The notes beneath the pieces were generated by a model that did not search any database, was not told where the DNA came from, and was given only the letters and a program-made list of their open reading frames with translations. Below, piece by piece: positions 28,423-39,770 of a stretch of 64,000 nt of DNA. Within the stretch, counting starts at the first letter, position 1; each line of letters opens with the position of its first letter. The position numbers and the translations under genes were made by a program. Source of the stretch: an uncultured Acidobacteriota bacterium (lineage in GTDB: Bacteria; Acidobacteriota; Vicinamibacteria; Vicinamibacterales; UBA2999); the NCBI GenBank assembly GCA_963721715.1, contig CAVRKI010000001.1:53824-117823 (forward strand). The letters run 5' to 3'.

Positions 28423-28452
28423 ACTCAAGACCCAGGCTCAAGCCCCAAGCTC
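28423..28452. repeat. heptamer array, family A reverse complement (ACTCAAG ACCCAGG CTCAAGC CCCAAGC)
   Basis: Starts immediately after the arsS TAG. Confidence 0.7.
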
Positions 28453-28575
28453 GCGAAGGCGCCCCGGTGGCCCTTGAATTGCTAAGTCTGGAGCAGGGCC
28501 GCGCCATGGTGGCGGCGTCCTTACAGTTTTCGTCGTCGCCTGTTCCGGTCTGGGACGGTCGCGCACATTATTCTC

Positions 28576-31500
28576 ATGCCCCGCCGTTACGCCCTCGTCC
28601 TGCTGCTCGTGGCCACCGCCAGTGGTCTGCACGGAATGGCATCGCAGCCGCCGGTGCCGGGCCTCTTCGTCGATCGGTTCGACCTCGCGGCGCCGCAACT
28701 GGACGTCGCGGATCAGCCGGACACGGTCAGGGCGCGCGCGGCCGCCGTGAACCTGGCGGCGCTCGATGAGGACACCATCGACCTCGCGCTGTTCGAGGCG
28801 ACGACGCTGCGGGCCGTGCTGGACCACCGGAGCGGCAATCCCGACGGCTCGGCATCGTGGTCCGGCCGCGTCGACAGCGATCCGCTGAGTGCCGTCACCT
28901 TCGTCCGCGCCGGCAACATCGTGCAGGGCGCCCTCCGCATGAAGGAGGCCGCCTACACCATCGAGCCGGTGCCAGGCACCGCGCTGCACGCCATCCGCCA
29001 GGTCGATCTCGTCGCAGCTCGGGGCGGAGCTGCCGCCGCTGGTGCCCGCGCCCGCGGCGCTCGAGGCCGCGGCGCTCGACGACCCTCCCATGTCGGGTGA
29101 CGACGGAACGATGTTCGACGTGCTGGTGGCCTACACGCCGGCGGCGGTGACCGCGGCCGGCAGGCGCCAGCGCGCTGCTGGCGCGGATCAATCTCGGGAT
29201 CACCGAGACCAACACGGCCTACGCGAACAGCGGCATCATCCCGCGGCTCCGCCTGGTGGGGACCGAACTCGTGACCTACACGGAGAGCGGTGATCTCGGC
29301 ACTGATCTCAGCGCCGTCACGGGCACCTCGGACGGTCAGATGGACGGCATCCACAGCCTGCGCAACTCGCTCGGCGCGGACCTGGTGAAGCTGGTCGTCG
29401 GCAACACCGCCGCAGGCGCGTGTGGCGTGGCCTGGCTGATGCAGTCGCTGTCCTCAGGCTTTGCCGCGAATGCGTTCAGCGTGACCGCCTATCCGTGCAT
29501 CAGCCCGAACTACACGTTCGGCCACGAGTTGGGCCACAACATGGGCTCGAACCACGCGCCCAGCGACCCGGTCACGCCGCCGCCGCTCTATGCCTATTCG
29601 TTCGGCTACAAGCACCCGTCGAACCTGTTCCGCACGGTGATGGCCTACGACTGCCCCGTCACGCTGCCAGCGCGTCCTGTATTTCTCGAACCCCGCGGTG
29701 AACTACAACGGCGCACCCACCGGCACCGTGGCCCAGCACAACAACGCGCTGTCCATCAACAACGCGCGCAACACCGTCGCCAACTGGCGGCAGCAGGTGG
29801 TGGCGAACACGCCGCCCACGATCACGGCCATCGCCGCTCAGCTGATCGCCGAAGACACCCCCACCCCCGCGCTGGCCTTCACGGTCGGTGATGGCCAGAC
29901 GGCAGCGGCAAGCCTGGTGGTGACGGCGTCGTCCTCCAATGTGTCGCTGGTTCCCAACAGTTCGGCCGCGCTGGCGCTTGGCGGCTCGGGCGCCAGCCGC
30001 ACGGTGACGGTGACCCCGCAGCCAAACGTCAGCGGCCAGTCCACCATCACCGTGTCGGTGAACGACGGCGTCCTGACCACGTTCACCTCGTTCCTGCTCA
30101 CCGTGAACGCCGTCAACGATCTGCCGGTGGTGTCGGCAATCGCCGCGCAGACCATCAACGAAGACCAGTCTCTGGTCGTGCCCTTCACCGTGTCCGACGT
30201 CGAAACGCCCGCCGCGTCCCTGTCGCTGCAGGTGGCCTCGACCAACACCGCGCTGGTGGGCGGCGCCGGCCTGGTGCTGGGGGGCAGCGGCACGAATCGA
30301 ACGTTGACGCTGACGCCAGCGGCGGACCAGTGGGGCACGTCCACGATCACCATCACCGTCAGTGACGGCACGGCGCCGGTGCCGCGCGCGTTCTCGTTCA
30401 CGGTGCTGCCGGTCAACGATCCGCCGGTGTTTTCAGGCGTCGTGCCACTGGTCTCCACCACCACCGGCGTGCCGACCAGCTTTGCCGTCACCGTCTCCGA
30501 TCCCGATACCTCGGGCGGCAGCCTGGCGCTGATTGGCGGCTCGTGGAATCAGGTGCTGTTGCCGAATGGCAACATCGCGGTGTCGGCGCAGTCGTCCACG
30601 GCATCGAGCCGCACGTTCATGGTCACGCTCACGCCCGCCGCGGGGCAGACCGGCGCCGGCGGCGTGACGCTGAGCGCCTCCGATTCGGTGGTCAGCGTGT
30701 CGACGCCCCGTGTCCTTCACCGTAACGGCGGTGCCGACCGCGCCCGATGCGCCAACGACGCTGTCGTCGTCTGCCTCGGGGACCACGGTGACCTTCGCGT
30801 GGGTGGCCGCGCTCACCGGCGCCGCTCCCACCAGCTTCGTCGTCGAGATGGGCACGGCACCGGGCACGACCACGTTGCCGACGCAGACGGTGACCTCGCC
30901 CGTGGCGCAACTCTCGCTCGTGCTGCCCGCAGGCACCTACTACGCCCGCGTGCGCGCGGTGAACGCGGTGGGACAGAGCCCGCCATCGCCGGAGACCTCG
31001 GTGACGGTCGTGGAGCCCAGTCCGATCCCAGGCCCTCCAGGGAACTTCTCGGCCGCGACCAGCGGCAACGCCGTGTCGTTCTCGTGGACCGCGTCCTCGG
31101 TCGGCGCGGCCGCCAGTCGTTACCTGATCGAAGCCGGAAGCGCGCCCGGGCTGGCGAACATCGCGACGCTGGATACCGGAAGCGTGGCGACATCCCTGAA
31201 CGTGCCGAACGTGCCGCCCGGCACGTATTGGGTGCGGGTGCGCGGCGCGAACGCCGCCGGCACCGGCGCTCCCTCGCAGGACGTGTCGGTGGTGATGGGC
31301 GCCTCAGGCGGGTGCGTCGGGCTGCCTGCGGCACCGGTGTTGCTGACGCCGGTGGTGTCGGGCGTCAACGTCTCGCTGTCGTGGAACGCACCCACCATCG
31401 GCCGCGTGCCGACTGGCTATGTTCTGTTCGCGGGCTCGGCTTCGGGCTTGTCCAATCTCGCGAGCTTCGGCACGGGGAATACGGCCACCTCGTTCGCGGC

Positions 31501-31879
31501 GTCCGCGCCGGCCGGCGTGTACTTCGTGCGCCTCGCGGCCAGCAACGCCTGCGGCGTCGGCCCGGTGTCGAACGAGGTCAGCTTCACCCTCGGGCTGAAC
31601 CTGCCGGGAGCACCGCGAAACCTGGCAGCATCCGTCGCCCCTGGCGGGTCCGTCACGCTGACCTGGGACGCACCCTCCTCGGGCGGCACGGCGACGTCCT
31701 ACCTGGTAGAAGCCGGCAGCAGCACGGGATTGGCCGATCTGGCGACGCTATCCACGGGCAGTGCCGCCACCGCGTTCAACGCCTCGGCGCCTGCGGGCAC
31801 CTATTACGTCCGCGTGCGTGCGGTGAACGGCGGCGGCGCCGGCGCGGCATCGGGGGACGTCGTGGTGATCGTGCCCTAG
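28576..31879 (+). pseudogene. secreted reprolysin-like metzincin with 3 cadherin-like and 4 FN3-like repeats, 4 frameshifts
   Basis: Signal peptide, propeptide and TFGHELGHNMGSNHAP (HExxHxxGxxH). The repeats end VND(L/P)PV. The FN3 array ends GTYYVRVRAVN..VVVIVP. The pieces join on removing bases at about 29009, 29162, 29662 and 30705-30708. Confidence 0.8.
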
Positions 31880-31980
31880 CCGCGCCAATGGCCGAACGCC
31901 AGCGGGTGCATCACCGTCGATTCCCGGGGGCGCTTCGCGCGGTTGTCACGCGGTGCAGCCTACCCCGGAGGCCAACGCCG

Positions 31981-33072
31981 TCACACGAACTCGTAGGTGA
32001 AGATATTCGGCGGCTCGATGCTGAGCCACGGACCGTTGGCGTTGAGGCTGTCGCCGGTGGACGGGTCCCACCGCAGGAAGTGTCCGCTCATGGTGCGGAA
32101 GGCCACCCGGTGGTTGCCGAGGCTGACCAGGTCCAGCGGCTCCCAGTCGCCAACGGCCTGGCCGTTGGCCAGCACGTCCCCGCCACCGCCGTTCTGCGGC
32201 GAAATGTACTGACCGTTCGGCGCCCGCAGCGCGACGCGGCCCACGTGCAGATCCTCGATGGTGAGTGTTTCCCACGAGCCCGGCGAGGCGCCGGCCACGG
32301 TGATCGAGCCGCCGCCGCCGCCCTGCGGCGAGACGAACAGGCCGTTGTCGCCCTTCAGTGCCAGGCGCGCCGTGTGCTCATTACCGCTGACGATGCCAGG
32401 CACCGCGTGGAGGGGAACGAACTGGTAGCCGCGGGCCTTCAGCGCCGGGATCAGAGTGCGGACGACTTCGAAGGTGCGATTCCGCCGCTTGACGAACTCC
32501 TGATCGGCGCTGGAGTCGTGCATCAGGAGGATTCCGCGCCGCGTGCCGTCAACCTCGCGGGTGCACTCCGCGACGCAGTCGTTGGGATCCCGGTCGTTCT
32601 TCCAGAACTCCCAGTCGCGACCGTCGATGTCCCAGCCGATCGGTCCGACGTGGCGTAGCGCCGTCGTCAGGTTGGCGTTGAGCGCGCCGGCGACCGCGCC
32701 GTCCCAGGTGCCGTACGGCGGCCGTACGAAGATCGGGCCATCGCTGTGCCCGAGCACGGCGTCGGTCCGCGCAATCTGGCCCACCACGTCCCCGCCGGCG
32801 GCCACGAACTGCGCCATCTGCGGGTGATCGTAGGTGTGATTGCCGATCGTGTGTCCAAGCTCGCGCACCCGCGCGACGATGTCCGGGCGCTCGGCGGCGA
32901 ACCGGCCGACCATGAAGAACGTGGCGGGCACGCCCTGGCTGCTCAGGAACTCGGCGATCGCGGCCGTCTGTGGACCCGGGGCCCCTCCCGAATCGCCCGG
33001 CCCATCGTCGAAGGTAAGCGACAGCGTTCGTTCCGGTAGCGATGTGCCGACGATCAGCTCGTTGCGATACAT
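31981..33072 (-). CDS. polysaccharide deacetylase (CE4/NodB) fused to a beta-trefoil (fascin-like) domain
   Basis: ATG 33072 is preceded by GGAGG. Motifs TFDDGP and GNHTYDH. The C-terminus has three ~40-aa repeats (ALKGDNGLFVSPQGGGG / ALRAPNGQYISPQNGGGG / AFRTMSGHFLRWDPSTG). No signal peptide. Confidence 0.8.
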   Translation of the reverse strand: MYRNELIVGTSLPERTLSLTFDDGPGDSGGAPGPQTAAIAEFLSSQGVPATFFMVGRFAAERPDIVARVRELGHTIGNHTYDHPQMAQFVAAGGDVVGQIARTDAVLGHSDGPIFVRPPYGTWDGAVAGALNANLTTALRHVGPIGWDIDGRDWEFWKNDRDPNDCVAECTREVDGTRRGILLMHDSSADQEFVKRRNRTFEVVRTLIPALKARGYQFVPLHAVPGIVSGNEHTARLALKGDNGLFVSPQGGGGGSITVAGASPGSWETLTIEDLHVGRVALRAPNGQYISPQNGGGGDVLANGQAVGDWEPLDLVSLGNHRVAFRTMSGHFLRWDPSTGDSLNANGPWLSIEPPNIFTYEFV

Positions 33073-33245
33073 GATGGTGGCCTCCGCGGACGCGATTCGA
33101 CGAGCGGCGGCCCTGGCCAGGGTCACAGGAGCATGACCAGGCCGAGCCGCGCGAGGTGACTATATCCCGGCCGGGCTCCTTCGGCAGTTCGTCCGGGGCG
33201 AGTGCGATATCCTTGGAGGACGCCCTCGCCGGATTGTTCCATTTC

Positions 33246-35319
33246 ATGTTCCACCGCGTCCTCCTCTTTTCAATTGTTCTCCTGACGGCTTTCGGGGGAG
33301 GCACGGGTGATGCCCAGGCGCCGGCCCCGGCAGCGTTGTTCATCGCCGCCGAAGCCGGCGCCGCCTCGGACCTCGTGGCCCTCGCGCCCGGCTCGCTGCG
33401 GGCGCGGGCCACGGGCATCGCCTCCTCCGCACTCGAGTCGGATTCACTACTGCTCGAGCTGTTCCCCGACACCTCGGTCCGGGCGGAGCTCGTCTCCCGC
33501 GAGGTGAACGGTGACGGATCGCTGTCGTGGGCCGGACGCGTGCCGGGTCAGCCGCAGAGCAGCGTCACCTTCGTGCAGGCCGGGTCCGTGCTCCAGGGCT
33601 CGATTCGCCTGGACGACGGCGCCTATTCGATCGAGCCCGCCGCCGGGCTGCGTACGCACACCATCCGCCAGGTGGATCCCGAGCCGCCGGGCGAAGAGCG
33701 CGTGCCGCTGCCAGCGCCGCCTGCCTCGCAGCCCGACGCGCTCGACACCGCCGCCCACCAGCGCGGACGATGGCGGCACCATCGATATCCTCGTGGTCTA
33801 CACCGCCGCGGCGCGCACAGCGGCGGGCGGCACCGACGATGCGATCCGCGCACGCATCATGCTGGGGGTCACCGAGACGAACACCGCCTACGCGAACAGC
33901 GGTGTCGTGCAGCGGCTGCGGCTGGTCGGCGCGGAGCTCATCGGCTACACCGAAGGCGGTGACATCGGCCTCGATCTCGAACGGGTGACCGAGGCCGGTG
34001 ACGGATTCATGGACGGCATCCACGCGCGCCGCGATCAGCTCGGCGCCGATCTGGTGTCGCTGATCGTCAACAACACCACCGGCTCGTGCGGCGTGGCGTG
34101 GCTGATGCAGACGCCGTCCGTGACGTTCGCGCCACAGGCCTTCAGCGTCACCGTCTACGACTGCATCAGCCCGAACTACACGTTCGGGCACGAGCTGGGC
34201 CACAACATGGGCGCCGCGCACGCGCCGGACGATCCGAACCTGCCGGCGGCCTATCCGTATGCCTACGGCTACAAGGATCCCGCGTCGCTCTTCCGCACGG
34301 TGATGGCCTACAACTGCCGCACCATCAGCTGCCCCCGTATCCTGTATTTCTCGAACCCAGGCGTGTCCTACGGCGGGCGTCCGACCGGAACCGCGCTGCA
34401 GCACAACAACGCGCTCGCGCTGAACAATACCCGCACCATCGTCGCCAACTTCCGCCAGTCGGTCACGCCAGGGCTGGGTGCGCCGCGATCGCTGACCGTG
34501 ACCACGTCGGGCACCACGGCGATGTTCGCGTGGCTGCCTCCGACGACCGGCATCGCCACTGGCTATGTCATCGAAGCCGGCTCCGCCCCCGGACTCGCGA
34601 ATCTGGCGCTGCTGCCGACGGGCGCAGCGACGTCACTGGTCGTGCCGGCCGTGCCGCCGGGGTTGTACTTCGTGCGCGTCCGCGCCACCAATGCCGAGGG
34701 CGTTGGCGCGCCGTCGACCGAGATCCAGCTGTCGATGACGCCGCAGGGCCGTTGCACCGCACCCGCGGGGCCGCCGGCGCTCGAAGCGGCGACCGTGTCG
34801 GGCAATCTCGTCACGCTGTCGTGGACCGCGCCAGCCACGGGAGGTTCGGTGGCCTCCTACGTCATTGGCGCAGGCTACTCGACGGGCACGCTGGGCGCCG
34901 CGCTCATCGACACCGGCACCAATGCGACGTCGTCCACCATCCCGGCGGCGTTGGGCCGCTATTTCGTGCGCGTCGCCGGCTGGAATCCGTGCGGTGTCGG
35001 CACGCCGTCGAACGAGGTGATCGTCACGGTGGGCCCGGCATTGCCCGGTCCGCCGGCAGGACTCGCCGCCACGGTCGCACCCGGCGGCGGAGTGACGATC
35101 ACGTGGGACGCCCCGACGTCGGGCGGCGCGCCGGAGTCATATGTGCTGGAGGCGGGCACCGCCACCGGCGTCTCGAACATCGGCACTGCCGAGACTGCGG
35201 CGCCGTCGACGACCTTTGTCGTGCAGGCCACTCCCGGCACCTACTTCGTGCGTGTGCGCGCCCGGAACACCGCGGGGATCGGGCCAGCGTCGGGAGACCT
35301 TCGGGTGGTGGTTCCGTAA
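33246..35319 (+). pseudogene. secreted reprolysin-like metzincin with 3 FN3-like repeats, one frameshift
   Basis: MFHRVLLFSIVLLTAFGG signal peptide and TFGHELGHNMGAAHAP. Paralog of 28576..31879. ORFs 33156.. and 33511..35319 join near 33750 (..PDALDT|PPTSADDGGTIDILVVY). Ends GTYFVRVRARN..RVVVP. Confidence 0.8.
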
Positions 35320-35382
35320 TCTCGGGATCTGGAGGACAGCGCGTGAACTGAGGGGTAGAATCGCCCGCGGAGGGTGATTCTG

Positions 35383-37825
35383 ATGCGCAAGCTCCTCGTT
35401 CTCGTCGGTGTGGGATGCCTCTCGAGTGCGGTGCTGGCGCAGCAGGCGCCGACGACCTCCGGCTACCTGCTCCCGCCCAAGGCCATCGTCGATGTGCTGG
35501 ATGCGGCGCCGCCGCCCACCGTCGAGCTGAGCGCGTCGGGCGCGGCGATGGCGGTGCTCGAACGCGCGAGCATGCCGTCCCTTGCCGAGCTCGCCCAACC
35601 GATGTTGCGCATTGGCGGTGTCCGCATCAACCCGAAGACCAACGGCCTGCACCGCGCCGTCCGGTATCGCAGCCTGCTCATCAAGAGTCCGTCCGATGGC
35701 ACCGAGCGGAAGGTGACGCTGCCGCCAAGCCCGGCGATCGGCTGGATTGGCTTCTCGCCCGACAGCACGCGCTTCGCGTTCACGCACACCAGGGACACCG
35801 GCATCGAGTTGTGGGTGGGCGACACCGCCACGGGAACGGCGAAGGCGATTACGCCGGCGCAGCTGAACAACGCGCTCGGCTCGACGCAGTCACCGTATGC
35901 GTGCAAGTGGGTGGCGCAAGGCGCCTCGCTGCTGTGCGCGTTCACCAGCACCAGCCGCGGCGCGGCCCCGACCGAGCCGTTGGTGCCCCCCGGCCCGAAC
36001 ATCCAGGAGAATCGCGGCGTGCCCGCGCCGGTCCGCACCTACCAGGACCTGCTCACCTCGCCATACGACGACGCGCTGTTCGAGTATTACGCCACCAGCC
36101 AGCTCGCCGTCGTCGACGCCGTGTCTGGCGCGCGGACCCCGCTCGGACGCCCCGGCATCTTCCAGACCTTCGCGCCCTCTCCCGACGGCAGCTTCGTGCT
36201 GATCGCGCGCGTCAAGCGGCCGTTCTCGTGGCTGGTGCCGTACGACGACTTCCCGACCGCCGTTGAAGTGTGGGATCGCAAGGGCGGCGTCGTGAAGACG
36301 ATTGCGGATCTGCCGGTGGCCGACACGGTGCCGAATGGCGGCGTGCTGCCCGGGCCGCGCTCGTGGCGCTGGCAGCCGAATGTGCCGGCCACGATCGCGT
36401 GGGTCGAGGCGCTCGATGGCGGTGATCCGAAGGCGACCGTGCCGCATCGTGACAAGCTGATGACGCTGGCCGCGCCGTTCACCGCGGCTCCCACCGAGGT
36501 GGCGAAGACCGAGTGGCGCGCCGCCGCGCCGGCCTGGACCGACGCCGGGGTGATGCTGATCACCGAAAACGATCGCGCCACGCGGATGACGAAGACGTGG
36601 CTGCTCGACGCGCCTGGCGCCCAGCCACGGACGCTGTGGTCACGCAGCCAGGAGGACTCGTACGCGAACGCGGGTCAGCCGATGAGGCGCCCGATGGGAT
36701 CCGGCGTGGACGCCGTGCGCCAGGTCGGCGACTCCGTGTACCTCACCGGCGTCGGCTCGACCCCCGACGGCGATCGCCCCTTCCTCGACAAGCTGAACCT
36801 GAAGACGCTGCAGAAGGAGCGGCTCTTCCAGAGCGCTGATCAATCGTACGAGACGGTGGTGGGACTGATCACCACCGACGGCGCCCGCGTGGTCACACGG
36901 CACGAGGCGCGGAGCGACGCGCCCAACGTCTACACGCGCGACCTGAAGGCGAACGAGCGCGTGGCGTTGACCACCTACGCCGACCCGGCGCCGCCGCTGA
37001 AGGGCGCGAAGGCCGAGATGGTCACCTACACCGCGCAAGGACGGCGTGCAGCTGCGCGCCACGATCTACACGCCGCCCGGTTGGACCCCGGCGCAGGGCA
37101 AGCTGCCCGCGCTGCTGTGGGCGTATCCGCGCGAGTTCACCGATGCGCGCACCGCCAGCCAGGTCACCGGCTCGCCGTTCCGTTTCACCACGCCGGGCTG
37201 GGGCACGCTGCACCTGTTGTTCCTGCTCCAGGGCTACGCCGTGATCGACGATGCGACGATGCCGATTGTGGGTTCGGGGGAGACTGCCAACGACACCTAT
37301 ATCGAGCAGCTGGTGTCGAGCGCGCAGGCGGCGGTGGACAAGGCGTCGGCGATGGGCATCGTCGATCCGGAGCGGGTGGTGGTGGGTGGCCACAGCTACG
37401 GCGCGTTCATGACCGCAAACCTGCTGGCGCACTCCGACATCTTCCGCGCCGGCATCGCCCGCAGCGGCGCCTACAACCGCACGCTGACGCCGTTCGGGTT
37501 CCAGAACGAGCAGCGCACGTTCTGGGAGGTGCCGGAGGTCTACATGCGGATGTCGCCGTTCGCCAACGCGCACAAGATCAACGAGCCGATCCTGCTGATT
37601 CACGGCGAGGCCGACGACAACTCGGGCACGTTCCCGATTCAGTCCGAGCGCTTCTATGTGGCGCTGAAGGGGCACGGCGCCACGGTGCGCTACGTGACCC
37701 TGCCACACGAGGCGCACGGCTATCAGGCGCGCGAGTCGGTGCTGCACACGGTGGCCGAGATGCTCAACTGGGCGGACCAGTGGGCGAAGAACGCGAAACC
37801 GCGGTCGACCTCGTCGCAGCCGTAG
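35383..37825 (+). pseudogene. S9 family (prolyl oligopeptidase-type) serine peptidase, one frameshift
   Basis: ATG 35383 follows GGAGGG. Signal peptide and propeller half. Triad context GGHSYGAF, HGEADDN, PHEAHGY. The junction ..MVTYT|RKDGVQLRATIYTP.. is restored without the base at about 37033. Confidence 0.85.
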
Positions 37826-39026
37826 CCGGCACCACCGTTCTGTGGACCTCGTGAAGGCGGCGCCGCTTGAGCCAGCGGCGCCGCGCGTCGCGGAACACAC
37901 GGGGCGCGGTCGCGCGATACAACCGGGCGGTGGTGTCCACCGACAACGCCCAGGCGTCCTGGGCGATGGTCCTTGCGTTCCACCGCTGCGCTTCGTAGCC
38001 CACCAGCGCGCGATGTTCGTGCGTCCACATCCATTTGTAGGCGGCACCTCCGCCCATGAAGTCGAACGCGCGAATCTCCTTGTCGTCGCAGCACGCCTTC
38101 ACGCACAGCCCGAGCATCGCGGTGCCGAGGTCGTCGGCCGAGAACTCGGGGTTGAAGCCCTTCTGGAAGTAGTGCAGCACGCCGTTGTCGGCGAAGCCGA
38201 TCAGCACCGCTTCCACGTGCCCGTCGATCCTGAGCACCCATAGCCGCAACTGATTCGCCGAGTGCGCCGCGTGGGCCGACGCCCGCATGAAGCTGCTGAC
38301 GACCGGGATGCCGAGCACCCCGGGCTCGCCGGCTGCTTGCCATCGCGCCTGGTGGAGCCGGATCAGATCGTCGATACCCCGGTCCACTTCGTCGGCGGAG
38401 GTGGCCTGCTCGAACGCGCAGTCGTGTTGACGGAAGAGCCGCCGCCCGTAGTACTCGACGTTGCGGCGCATCGAGCGGCCCAGCGTCCGCCGGTAGGCAT
38501 CCCACCCGCGCGAGGTGTCGATGTAGGGGGCGAGATCGGGCGCGGTGGTGCGCGCCTCGATGCCGGCCTGAAGCATCAGCGCGCTCGTCACCGCCGACTC
38601 CGCCGGAACGCCGTGGAGGGACATGCGATCCCAGGCCGCATACCCCTTCAGGACCTCGGCAAGCGCGGCGGCCACGGCGTCCTCGGCCCCGCGCGCGGAG
38701 AAGATCGCCACGTGCTCGCTGACCTTGAGCTCGATGCCGGTGCCCAGCAGGGAGAGATCACGGACGGGCACCAGGCCGAGCACCCGCCGGCACTTTCGAT
38801 AGAGCGGCGCCACCCCTGTCAGCCGACCCTCGGTGTCACGGCAGCAGATGATGAACAGTTCCGCGTCGGGCGGGGCAAAGTGCGTCCACCACAGCCAGTT
38901 CCACTGCCAGCCGAGGAAGAACGAGCGCTGCTCGCTACGGCTGAGGAGGTCGTCCCACTCCGGCGCGAGAGCCTTGAACCCGACAGGCTCCGAGACGATG
39001 TTGGTGGTATGGACGAGCTGCGGCAT
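37764..39026 (-). CDS. GNAT family N-acetyltransferase, CelD/BioF2-like (FemAB-related)
   Basis: ..WDDLL..SFFLGWQWNWLWW..LHYFQKGFNPEF. Start is ATG 39026; the alternative GTG 39080 has a GAGGGG upstream. The last 62 nt overlap the convergent S9 gene and show weaker codon bias. Confidence 0.7.
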   Translation of the reverse strand: MPQLVHTTNIVSEPVGFKALAPEWDDLLSRSEQRSFFLGWQWNWLWWTHFAPPDAELFIICCRDTEGRLTGVAPLYRKCRRVLGLVPVRDLSLLGTGIELKVSEHVAIFSARGAEDAVAAALAEVLKGYAAWDRMSLHGVPAESAVTSALMLQAGIEARTTAPDLAPYIDTSRGWDAYRRTLGRSMRRNVEYYGRRLFRQHDCAFEQATSADEVDRGIDDLIRLHQARWQAAGEPGVLGIPVVSSFMRASAHAAHSANQLRLWVLRIDGHVEAVLIGFADNGVLHYFQKGFNPEFSADDLGTAMLGLCVKACCDDKEIRAFDFMGGGAAYKWMWTHEHRALVGYEAQRWNARTIAQDAWALSVDTTARLYRATAPRVFRDARRRWLKRRRLHEVHRTVVPATAATRSTAVSRSSPTGPPS

Positions 39027-39189
39027 GATGGAGGTGGCTGCCCCAGGCGCTGCAAGGACGTCGCCACCGGGGCCTGGCACGATCCCCTCGTTTTTGACGC
39101 AGTTTCTGCCGGTAGGCCGTGCTCGCGGCGCCGCCGTGGGCAGCTGAGGGGTGGGGGTGGGAGCCCGGCTGCCACTAGTGAGGAGCCGC

Positions 39190-39195
39190 TATACT
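39190..39195 (+). promoter_or_regulatory. candidate -10 hexamer TATACT
   Basis: AT-rich hexamer ending 22 nt upstream of ATG 39218, with GGAGAA between them. Confidence 0.3.
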
Positions 39196-39217
39196 CCTTT
39201 CACTTCCCGGAGAATCG

Positions 39218-39739
39218 ATGATCCGCACCGTACTGACTATCCTGCTTCTGGCCACCGTCGCCGCGCCCGCCGGCGCCGACGTCACGATCAAGCAGACCAA
39301 CGCCGGCAAAGGCATGGGCATGTCGGGCGCGGTACCCTCGACAACCTATATCAAGGGCCTGCGGATGCGGACCGAAACGGTGACGGGCGACACCACACGC
39401 GTGACGATCTTCGATGTGGCCAACCAGAAGATGTACTCGTTCGACTCGAAGAAGAAGGAAGTCGACGTGTGGGACATGCAGGCGTTTGCCGCCGAAATGG
39501 GCAAGAGGGTGGTGAAGGACGCGCCCGGCACGCGCGAGTACATGGCCTTCTACAAGGCGGCCGTGCCCTACGAGACCGAGATGCAGATCAAGATGGACGG
39601 CGAGGGCCCGATGGCCGCGATGATGGCCAAGATGGGCGGCATGACCATGACGACGTCCGTGCAGTCGGTGGAGACCGGCGCGCTCGCCGACGACCTCTTC
39701 ACGCCGCCTGCCGGCTACAAGCTGAACGCCCGCAAGTGA
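39218..39739 (+). CDS. exported hypothetical protein with a Met-rich segment (DUF4412-like at best)
   Basis: Signal peptide MIRTVLTILLLATVAAPAGA. Met cluster MDGEGPMAAMMAKMGGMTMTT. Confidence 0.7.
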   Translation: MIRTVLTILLLATVAAPAGADVTIKQTNAGKGMGMSGAVPSTTYIKGLRMRTETVTGDTTRVTIFDVANQKMYSFDSKKKEVDVWDMQAFAAEMGKRVVKDAPGTREYMAFYKAAVPYETEMQIKMDGEGPMAAMMAKMGGMTMTTSVQSVETGALADDLFTPPAGYKLNARK

Positions 39740-39770
39740 CCGCAGGCGCAGCCGCGGAGCGTCCGAGTCG

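Noticed and set aside
39140-39165. A G-rich tract (GAGGGGTGGGGGTGGGAG) as a G-quadruplex or another heptamer array.
   Set aside because: It has only three runs of at least 3 G and only about 2.5 loosely periodic units, which is too weak to call either way.
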